Shown here: in pieces, positions 51,700 through 62,333 of the stretch
How positions within the stretch are numbered: position 1 is the first letter of the stretch
Layout: each line of letters begins with the position of its first letter
Assembly: GCA_038087875.1 (NCBI GenBank)
Contig: CM075979.1
Span: 9,610,001 to 9,674,000 of the forward strand
Direction of reading: 5' to 3'
Source: Malacoraja senta
Lineage: Eukaryota
DNA: 64,000 nucleotides
Translations under genes and position numbers: made by a program
Notes under the pieces: model-generated
What the model saw: only the letters and a program-made list of their open reading frames with translations
Databases searched by the model: none
What the model was told of the DNA's origin: nothing

Positions 51700-52070
51700 T
51701 GATCTGTCCTCCTGAGTGCTTTAAAGATGTGGATACCTATAGCAGGTACCGACGATACCATCAATGCTGTCTTGTCAAACTTCACTGGCATGTGAAGCAA
51801 TCCAATGTCAGCATCCTATCCCTGATCAACATCCCCAGCATTGAGGTCCTAACTGCATTTGATTCTGAAGGGAAGGTCCCATTGTTCTGTACCCGGCAGC
51901 ACGCTTCTGAAACTGTCTACACTGAACACGATCATGGAAAGAGACTACTAGCTGGATGGAGAAACCCCCCCCAAGAATAATACTCTTTGAAAAATACAGT
52001 GTATGTTAATCTGTCATATAACATAATTAATCAAAAATGCAATAGCATCCCCACCAACCTTTGTGAATCC
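51700..52070 (+). mobile_element. Old RTE-clade LINE 3' fragment
   Basis: ORF 51699..51980 retains YHQCCL..LHW..KQSNVSILSLINIPSIE..GKR, an eroded RTE ORF C-terminus pattern. Confidence 0.55.
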
Positions 52071-52214
52071 CTGTCCCATGGTTATTGAAAATAGAAAAAT
52101 ATATTATAATACTGAAAACCAATGCATAAATGTGGTGTATGCAAGTAGGGTACTAGTTCTCATCACCTCTGCCTGGATAGTCTACAATCAAAAGGCATGA
52201 AGAAAGTATTCTTC

Positions 52215-52700
52215 AACTTCAGGTAACCCACTTCCTCTCATTCCCTTTCTGTCTTTCTTATCTATCCATTTAGCCCTTTCCAATCACCCCGTCAGCCTCC
52301 ATTTGCATGGTTTATTTCCCCTCCTCCACACTCATCACCTACACATTGTTCCCACTAGGTCCCCTTCTCTCCGTCCATTGTTCCAATCTGCCCATTTCTC
52401 CCTTATTAAATTTAACTCTTCCTTTCTTATACACCATAATCTGCAGCTCTTTGTTGTCTTCACTTATCCACTCCCAGCCTCTGTCAGTGTTTCCACTTTT
52501 CCCTCTCCACCTGACTCCATTTGCCAATTAACCTCTCCTCATTTGGAACCACCAATTGTTTGCCAGCTCTTGCAAAATCCTCCACCTCACCTCTTTATAC
52601 TGTTCATCTTCCCCCTACTCTTTCAGTCCAGATGAAGGGTTTTGACTGTCCATTTCCCTCCACAGATGCTGCCTGACTTGTGTTCCTCCAGCAATTTGTT
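52215..52700 (+). mobile_element. Degenerate Penelope-like 3' region and terminus
   Basis: Pyrimidine-rich spacer ending in cagtccagatgaagggtt...tttccctccacagatgctgcctgac...ctccagca, matching the terminus family. Confidence 0.55.
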
Positions 52701-53334
52701 TTTTCCTCACACACTGCATGCATCTCCTAAACCAACTGCGGCATAGATTAAGGGTTCCACAATGGCTTCATCAGCATTCTCAGAACCGGTGTGGAAGCAA
52801 GTTAATTTCAGTCCTGGGGGACTGTTTAAATTGATGACCATCGGGTCTTCTGATTTAAAAAAACTGTAAAGAAAACTGCATGTTATATGTACCTATGTTT
52901 GTTGAATGTTTTTTTCCAATCTTTGTTCTGAGAATAGTTACCTTCATCACAGATATCCACTTTGTTAATACCCATTGCATCACCTGCAAAACAAGACTAT
53001 ATCTACTTAAAATCACTTACGTGAATTTAGTGTATCCTTAAATGGATGCCTTGGAGTGGGTTAACAAAGAATATCAGTTGCACAATTGTTGTAAGCCATT
53101 AAATTTGTTTGAAATCAAATGAAATTGGAAGTAATTGATCAAAAAGAAAACTCCATCAATAGTTTAATTATATCAAAAGTTATGCTTAAAAAAAATAATG
53201 GCAGCAATAGCCTTACGTCGACTGGATACCAATAGCTCTGATGTCCAAAAAATCAACTGATGAACATGAAGACAGAATAGCAATAAATGTTTTTTTTTTT
53301 ATTGCTGGTGATTCAGAATAATTATGTTATGTAT

Positions 53335-53756
53335 CAAAAAGGCTTTTGGCACATTGGCCTTCATTAATCAGAGTATTGAGTATAGAAGTTGGGAGGTCAT
53401 GTTGCAGTTGTAAAGGACGTTGGAGAGACCGCATTTAGAGTATTGTCTTCAGTTCTGGGTACCATGTTATAGGGAAGATATTGTCAAGATTGAAAGGGTT
53501 AAGAGAAGATTTACGAGGATGTTGCCAGGACTAGAGGGTCTGAGTTATCGGGAGAGGTTGAGTAGGCTGTGTCTCTATTCCTTGGAGCGCAGGAGGGTGA
53601 GGGGTAATCTCATAGAGGTGTATAAGATCATAAGAGGAATAGATTGGGTAGATGCACAGTCTCTTGCCCAGAGTAGGGGAATCGAGGATCAGAGGACATA
53701 CTGTAAAGGTGAAAAGGAATAATGTTCAAGGTGAAAAGGAAAAGATTTAATAGGAA
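53335..53756 (+). mobile_element. CR1 (HER1-like) ORF2 fragment, ending at the Helitron junction
   Basis: ORF 53420..53722 (RPHLEYCLQFW...RRFTRMLPGLEGLSYRERL) is highly similar to about 43988-44386. Confidence 0.9.
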
Positions 53757-55064
53757 CTAGACTATGTGGGACCCGTTGGGCCCCTGTCACACGGGAGGCC
53801 TGGTCCCCCAACGCAACCCGTTCCCCAACGCAATATTCCACCACTCACCCGTTCCCCAACGCCACTCCCCAACACAGTATTCCACCACTCACGCCTATCC
53901 TCCTCCCATCAAATCCACCCCTCCCTGTCCTCCTTCTCCCTCTACTCCCCCCCCTCTATCCCACCATGCCGATCACCCCGGACCCCTACCCCCTCCATAC
54001 CCCCCTCCACTCCACTACCTCTCTACCACACTCCCTCCCTCTCTTTTCCCCCTCCCTCCCTCTCTCCCCCGCTCCCTCATCCCTCTCTCCCTTCTCCCCC
54101 TCCCTCCCTCATCCCTCTATCCCTGCCCTCATCCCTCTCCCTCCTCCCTCATCCCACTCTCCCCCCTCACTCCCTCATCCCTCTCTCCCCTCATCCCTCT
54201 CTCCCCTCATCCCTCCCCACTCCCTCCCTCCCCTGTGCTGTGGGCTGGGCTGCGGCGCTCCCTCTCTCCGTGTAATGGTGCGGTGCATTAGGGCCGCTCC
54301 CGGTGTCCGCGGCCACAGGCAGGAGCCGCTGGAGCGCTGCCCTTCACGGAGCCGGGCTCGCTGTGCCGGGGGCTGGGTGAGGGTGGCGGGCGGCGGGCGG
54401 CCAAGCCAGAGCTGCCCGCAGAGCAGGAAGCGGAGGCTGTGCTGCAGGATGGCGGCGGCCGGGCAGCCCCCGAGGCGCTGGTACACCTTGACCCAGGCCC
54501 CGGGCTTGGGCACGACTCCAGCCCTCAGCTCGGCCTCCGCCTGGGCTCCAGTCCAGGCCCCGACTTCATCTCCGGGCTCGTCCGTGAACCCGGACCCAGG
54601 CTCGTTCTTGGTTCCTGCCTAGGCCCAGTCCCCGGGCTCATCCTTGGCTCCAGTTCGGGCCCAGTCACCAGGCTCAGCCTGCGGCGCCACCCTCCCCACC
54701 AGATACTGCGCAGCCGTAGCTCCTCGGGCGGTGGCGCCACTCTTTCATGGCGACCTCCAGACGATTGACAGCGGACGCGGCCAATCAGTGCGGCGACGCC
54801 CCTTCCTGACTGACAGGAGAGGAGACCAATCTGCATGGCGGTGAAGAAAAGCAATCTGCGCATACACGTTTTTTTACTATTTTTAAACCTTAATAACTTT
54901 TACAATATACCATCGATCGGAACAAAATTTGTAGCACTCGCAGCACAGGAGAATGGTGAGTAAGCTGGCGAAAAATCATAGCGCTATCTCGTACTGTTTT
55001 TGCACAAATAGAAAAACCACGCAAACCAGAAGAGCACAAGATCAGAGTTTTATTTATGTATAGA
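53757..55064 (-). mobile_element. Non-autonomous Helitron (rolling-circle transposon), 1308 bp, with GC-rich internal cargo
   Basis: On the minus strand it begins A|TCTATAC and ends CTAG|T with no TSD. A GC-rich hairpin GGGGCCC-AAC-GGGTCCC (53768-53784) ends 11 nt before the 3' terminus. All canonical Helitron terminal hallmarks are present. Confidence 0.8.
53930..54235 (+). repeat. CT-rich low-complexity tract, approximately (CCCTCATCCCTCT)n, inside the Helitron
   Basis: Direct reading; it generates the spurious Pro/Ser/Leu-rich ORFs. Confidence 0.85.
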
Positions 55065-55573
55065 TATTTTTCAAGGTACTTTATTTGAACAATTTTGTCC
55101 AAATAAGTATTTCAACAGAGGAAATACCAAAAGTATTATATGTTTCTCACAGATTAAGATAAAATCTCACAAAATATGACAGCTTTCCAGCAACCAACCA
55201 GTAATTAATTCTGCACAACCCTGCGTTAGAACATAGGGCAATACAGGAGAGAAACTGGCCCTTCAGCCCACAATGTCCTTGTCAAACATGATTTAAAGAT
55301 AGACTAATCACATCTGCTTGCACGTGACCCGTATCCCAGAATACTCTACATATCCATGTGGCTATCTAAAAGCCTCTTAAGCCTTTTATATCTGCCTCCA
55401 CTACCACTTCTGGCAGTCCCGCACATCTCCTTTAAACGTGACCGTCTCATCTTTAACCTTTCAGTACTGATTCCACTATACACCTAAGGTACAAAACCTG
55501 CCTTATAATATGCATAATTGTACCATCTTGGTAATTCATCTTCTAATAAAGACTGGCTCGTTATTAGAAAATA

Positions 55574-55901
55574 CCGTTTGACCTGTTTTTACAAAATGTT
55601 AAATGGCCAGCTCGACATAGATTACAAAACCTACAACAAACCCAAACCAGGAGCAGACGAAGGCATTCGATCCAATTGAGATACCAGCTACCAAGACAGA
55701 TGTGTACAGCAATTCATTCTTCCCCCGCACAATTAAAGCATGGAATAGTCTTCACCCTACCATAGTTACCCAACCAGATGCAACTAAATTTAAGGTAGCT
55801 CTTTCTTCCCAAGAACCCTTTCTGGCTTAAGTCATCCCTCCACCACCTCCAGTTTAAATTCCATTTGGAATATTTTGGAGGACCAGGAAACCAAGAACCA
55901 A
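55574..55901 (+). mobile_element. 3' end of a non-LTR retrotransposon, possibly RTEX-like
   Basis: Frameshifted translation RLTCFYKMLNGQLDIDY...IPATKTDVYSNSFFPRTIKAWNSL...KFKVAL, followed by a short UTR and an aaccaag repeat tail. Clade assignment is tentative. Confidence 0.6.
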
Positions 55902-58900
55902 GGCTCCCCACTATCCATATCGATTCCTATTTTACAAAGCTGATCACCTAGTGATCATAATTAACTGAAGCATAATTTATTTTAAAATAGAAGTCTGAGG
56001 AGTGAGAAATCTTTTTAACCAGTAATTAGTTACAATATTAAACTGACAAATACAAACAGTAATTGAGGTGATTATCAATGGCACGTTGCGAGAAAGCAGA
56101 TGTACACAGGAGGTAAACGATGAAAAGGATGTTTCTTAGAATTACTTTACGATGGCAAATGTATTGGTTTAGGCCAGTTGGACAGAAAGTAATTTCTGGG
56201 TATACATTTTATGTAATGTCAATAAATTATAACAAAAGAAATGTACACATTGCACAATACTCTATACATAGATACAGTTAGAAGACTTAACTTGCAAACC
56301 TTTGTGAAAAAGAAACATTTTAAGAAATCAATTTTACAGGTAGGATTAATGTTGCCAATAATGTAAAATTTACTCTTTCAGCTGCTCAGTTCGTTTTAAT
56401 TATAACTGAAATTTTTGTTATAAAATTACATTCACACTTTATTTTGAGTAAACTGTCAACTGATAAAACGACAGCAAGCAGCTTGGTATCCTGGTAACGA
56501 ACAAGTCTTATGCTGTTCCACTATGCTGTTTCCAAGCAGTTCCCCAAAGCAGAGCATCAAGAACATGACAAATAGAGTCATTATCTTTTCGTAGATCACA
56601 TTAGAAAGATTTTTAGCTGATTTAACTGTTTTTAGTTTAAGATGGAGCCATAATGATAACCTATGTCCATACCAATCTGAGGTGTAATCAAGACACTTTT
56701 TAGTTACCTTTACACAGTTTATAAATAAAATGGTTCCAATATTTTCAGAGTCCAAATCATTTCATAGAAAACAATCTGTATTACAAACTCAATTTAAGGA
56801 GCAGAATAGTCAACAATCATGCAGATGGTTGCAAATCCAGTGCAAAAGGACCAGTCGTCAAGGGGCAATGATCAATGTAATTGCCAAAAGAAAATAAAAT
56901 TAATTGTTTTTAATGCATGAGATCCCATTATGTTAGAACCAGTTCACTGCAAGGCATCATGATTGTATTATGCATGCATTATGTATCAAGTAGCATTGGT
57001 CATTTGTGTAACATTAAACCACTGGCAGGTAAAACAAAGAGCACTGCAATTTATAGCTAAACATTTGCTTGTATGGTATGATTTCTCTCGATAGAATACA
57101 AAACAAAGTTTTGCAAACTGTCTGTACTTGTACAAGGTTGACCTATCTGTACTTGTACAATGTGTCAACCATTCCAAGAAATTTAGGATGGATCTTCAGT
57201 AGTACTGGTTTAACTAATCTCAGCTGGGACATCACAATTAGCCTCAGCGTCTTCAGGTTAGGCACATGCTTTATCACTATTCAATGACTCAATGCTGCAG
57301 GTTCGTAAGGGTGAAACTTGGCTGAGGCCAGGGCTCAACTGTAGAGGCCTCTATGGTCAAAATTGCTGTAAAATGTCTGTGCAGGGGCCACACATAAAAA
57401 GAAAACTTGGAAAAGGAGTGCAAAGAGACAGAAATTTGTAGAGTAATGCTCCACCAAGGAATTAGCAGTTTCTGGAGAATTATAGAAAAAATAGCAAGAA
57501 GAAAGCTCTCAAGTAGTTTTAGTGACAATTGGAATTAATTTTAATACAAGATTTCTCCCTGAAAATACTTGTTTCAATAAGAAAGTACTTATGACATTTG
57601 AGACCAAATGGCTTGGAGGAGTCACTGTTTGCAACAATACAAGAAAGCTCAAACAAGAGAGTTAAAATGACAGGGTTACTGAAGCATCGTGAATTAATTA
57701 CTGCATTTCTACAGATTTAATTCAGCTATCTTGCTGTTTGGCATGGTAGCTCCTCCCATCTAATTCTCCCAATTATGTTCTTAACATTCTTTAAATAAAA
57801 CTTACAAAAACAGCACAAAAAAAGTCAAATTTAATGAAGTTAATCAGAGTTCACATATGGTTTGACCTTTAAATGGTGACAAGATTACGCTTTTATGATC
57901 CAACCATTAACATGAATGTATAAGCCACCATTACAAAATTGTAAATCTTTCTCCATCTACTGTCCAACTTTTAATTACTGATTAGATGAATAATTTCAAT
58001 GCAAACTGAAACATATGTACTCTTTCTTTCTTCACAGATGCTGCCTGCCTTGGTGAGCCTTTTCCAGTATTTTTCTCTGTTTAAACTCAGACGTGCATCA
58101 AGCAGGACTTTGTTTATGATAGAAAAATATCCTTATCTGCTTTTTTACAGATAACTGCAGCAAAATTCTATGTTTGCCAATTATTTTAAATGACAGTTAA
58201 TGTCAGAAAGTTGGGTAAATATCATTGCATGTAATAATGCAATCTGAGGAGGTTTGGGTGGCTGAATACAGAAAGTTCTTGATGATATTATTAATGCTGT
58301 AGGGAGACCGGAAATCTTGTTGGCAAGAATATATTGGAAATTGATAAAAGAGATGAGAAAGGATGAAGCAGATTGCAATCAGTCATACCAGTTCCTTAAA
58401 GCTGTGCTATACCTTATCAATGTGATTTCATCCAGTTGCCGGATGTTTTGAACCATGCTCAGAGAAATTAGCAATGAACTCCAGGAACATTTGAGAATCA
58501 ATCCAATTAAAATTTTAAATCTATCTCCATAAAGGTGGTTGGCCACTACCACCAATCCCATGAGGATCTCCTTTATATACATTGCTAAGAAATATTGGGG
58601 CTATGCACGTAAGGCATTTGGGGGTCAAGATTTTTTATTTTGAAATGTCCGCATCCATTCCCTGTATTTGTAGAGAAGGGAGTGGACATTAAAATGTTTC
58701 TTTATGTTAGTCTGATGTTCCAACACGATGAATGATGTTCAAAAATATGCCAAGTCGGAATAGAAAATAGCATCTAATGTTTAAAACTGTACTTGATAAG
58801 TTCATAAGGTCTAGGAGCAGAATTATTCGGCCCATCAAGTCTACTCCACCATTCAATCATGGCTAACTTTCCCTCACAACCCCATTCTCCTGCCTTCTCC

Positions 58901-59451
58901 CCATAATCCTTGACACCCGTACTAATCAAGAATCTGTCAATCAATGGTGATTAATTAATGGGTAATTTCTTGAAGATAATTAAAAAAACACCTTCCCATC
59001 AGTGCTATCAAAAATACAGAGAAACATTCTTATTACACATTCTTATTTTGTTTACATTCTCTTTTCCAAATTCGTCAGGTCGTCCAGCACTGATTTTGTT
59101 TTTTGTACAATAACCTCATCACTGTATGATGGTTGCTTGTTTGGCATCCAAGTTTTGGATGTCATAATTTCTCCACTTAAACAGTTTATGGCTGAAATCT
59201 CTCATAAAACTTTGAGTCTCCTTTGAACCCATTCCCCTCCATGTCCTGCCTCAGGGTGAACCAGACTATTTGCAAATGAGTGGCGTTCAGCACCAAACAC
59301 CACAGTTCTTCATTTGCAAAGGCTACTGTTTCTATCACTGTAATATGCCTGCATCTTTTTTGTGGAGAAGAGCCCAGTTGAGGCCAATTTTACATTGCCA
59401 TCAAGTAATCAAAGGGAATGCAGAAGAAATGTCTTTGTTCAGTAGTGGGTT

Positions 59452-60027
59452 GGTATGTCAAGGAGGACTCACTCGAACTTCTACAGGTGCACAGTAGAGA
59501 GCATGTTGACCGGTTGCATCGTGGCTTGGTTCGGCAACTTGAGCGCCCAGGAACGGAAAAGACTGCAAAAAGTTGTCAACACTGCCCAGTCCATCATCGG
59601 CTCTGACCTCCCTACCATCGAGGGGATCCATCGCTGTCGCTGCCTCCAAAAGGCTGCCAGCATCATCAAGGATCCATACCATCCTGGCCACTCACTCATC
59701 ACCCCGCTGCCTTCAGGTAGAAGGTACAGGACCCTGAAATCTGCAACATCCAGGTTCAGGAATAGCTACTTCCCCACAGCCATCAGGCTATTAAACTCAA
59801 CTCAAACAAAACTCTGATCATTAATAGCCCATTGCACTTTACCTGTTTATTTATGTGTGTATATATATATATTCATTGGTCAATGATCACACTGATCTGT
59901 TCTGTTCTGTTCTATATTTATTCATGCCTACTATATTCTGTTGTGTTGAAGCAAAGCACGAATTTCATTGTCCTATCTGGGACACATGACAATAAACTCT
60001 CTTAAATCTTGAATCTTGAATCTTGAA
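59452..60027 (+). mobile_element. Rex1/Babar-like LINE 3' fragment, copy 1
   Basis: ORF 59455..59817 (NFYRCTVESMLTGCIVAWFG...HPGHSLITPLPSGRRYR...RFRNSYFPTAIRLLN); tail aataaactctctt followed by (gaatctt)n. Confidence 0.88.
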
Positions 60028-60107
60028 ATACTTAAATAGACACAATATGCTGAACACAAGATGGTCTTGGCAGGCTCAATCCTTAACAGTGACTCAACTT
60101 CAATGTC

Positions 60108-60331
60108 GGTATGTCAAGGAGGACTCTCTCGAACTTCTATAGGTGCACAGTAAAGAGCATGCTGACCGGTTGCATCGTGGCTTGGTTCGGCAACTTGAGC
60201 GCCCAGGAGCGGAAAAGACTGCAAAAGTTGTAAACAATGCCCAGCCCATCATCGGCTCTGACCTCCCTACCATCGAGGGGATCTATCGCACACGATAATA
60301 AACTCTCTTGAATCTTGAATCGAATCTTGAA
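60108..60331 (+). mobile_element. Rex1/Babar-like LINE 3' fragment, copy 2, internally deleted
   Basis: About 180 bp nearly identical to the start of copy 1, then a jump directly to the aataaactctcttgaatcttga tail. Confidence 0.85.
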
Positions 60332-62333
60332 ATTTACTACTCGAGAAAGTAGTTGAGAGAAACAGCCTGGTATGTTTAAGGAGAAACTAAATTAAGAAGA
60401 TACAAATAGATGTTGGGAGAGGAAGGGCGTATGAGTGGGCATGACTACAAGCTTGAACTTTTTGAGCAGAATTGGATATTTCTGTACATACTACACAAAC
60501 ATGTTTAAAATTAATATTGACAAATAATATTAGAGGTTATGAAGGGGTTAGGCGAAGGAATTCCAAAATTAGCAGTACTGATCTAGGAAATACCAGCAAT
60601 GTATAAAACATAAAAGTTATTTATTCACAGATTTCTTTGATATTTTGTGCTAATAATGGATACTATGTGATACTTACACCACTTCGGGATTCAAGAAATT
60701 CTGAGCCCTTTCATTTTTTTAATATCCAGCCTAAAAGTAGAAGTGTTAGTGTTGATTTAATCTCATTGGCAAATGCTTTTGGAGTTTGGATGAAATTGCC
60801 AATATGATTATTACCAACTTCATGCTACGAAGCAATGTTTTGGATGGCTATGCAATGTAAATGGAACAATTTTAAAATCCTGTCAGTAGTACAAACTCAA
60901 ATTACACCGTCTGTATGTGAGAGAGGGAAATATGTTTCAAATTTCATAAAAATACATATTTCATAAAATTATGACTTGCAGAATTAAAAATATTTAATAT
61001 TTTCCATTACATATCTGCCTTACCTGTCAACAAAGATAATCAGCAATACCACCATAATAAATAATTAACAGTTGTTTAACAAAATCTTCATATTGCTGTT
61101 ACAAATAATTAACTAACGTTTAATAAAAGCTGCTGTAACACTGCAATAATCAGTTAACAATATTCCTTAAATACAAACAACTGCAACATTTGCTAATTGT
61201 TCATAGGTCAACAGTTTTGCTGAAAATTGATCATGGAAGCTCCTTTATAAATATTTAATAACCAACAATTAAGCTGTTAATCACTTGTAGCTACAGTGCA
61301 ATTAAATGTATAATGCTAGCTCAGAGTTTCGCACTTAAAATTGAAGTGTTTCTACTTGGAGCTACCCTGAGGTTAGAAATATTTGAGGTTACTGACCAGT
61401 TTCGAGATTGCAATGGCAAAGATCTGATGCCATAAAATCGATATGCCCTCACATTGTCAGAAAGCTTTGGCAGATATATTTTATAAAAATTTACTGGTAT
61501 AATTGACGTTTTGTAAGCCTGGCCATCTCCAAAGCATTACATCTGGCTGGAATTGGAAATATAATTCAATTGGATCAAGTTGGATTGGAAATATAATTCA
61601 CAACTAAAGTTTTAGATCTTTTACCCTCGTTTCAATGCCAGTCGCTTGCAATAGAAACACACTTGTAGATTGCATGTGAAAGAATTATTTGGCCATAACT
61701 CCCAAAGAAAACCATTGTCACATTAACTTGAAATGGAGATAAAAACACTCCAAAATCACAGGTGTAAAAGTTCAGAGAAAATTTCTAAAACTATTCTTCA
61801 GAACTTTAGAAAATATTAACAGGATTAGACAAAATCAACATGGATTAATGAAAGATAAATTAGATTTGAAAATCTACTAGATATTTTGTGGATGCATCAG
61901 GAACAATAGATAAGGGAGAACTGCTGGATGTGATGTGTTGTATTTTCATGATATTCTTTTATAAAGTTCCAAATTAGAAGTTAAGAGCGCAAAATGCAAA
62001 CACATGGGAATGAGGGGCGAAATACCAGCATGGATTGCTAACAGACAGTATTGATGGATGGGTCTCTCTCAGGGTGGCAGGAGTGGCCAATTGGTACCGC
62101 TTAAGCTGTATCTATTCATACAATACATCAATGATTTAGTTGAGGGAACAGAGCATAATATTTTGAAGTTTGCTGAAGACATGCAATTGACTGAGATTGT
62201 GAGATGTCAGAAGGATGCAGAGGCTTGAAGGTGATGCACACAAGTTGATTGAATGGGCAAATACATGGCAGAGGCAGTATAACATGGAAAAATGTGAACT
62301 TATCCACTTCCGTAAGGCAGACAAGCAGAGAAT

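Noticed and set aside
53764-54291. Long proline-rich ORFs
   Set aside because: They arise from the CT-rich low-complexity tract in the Helitron.
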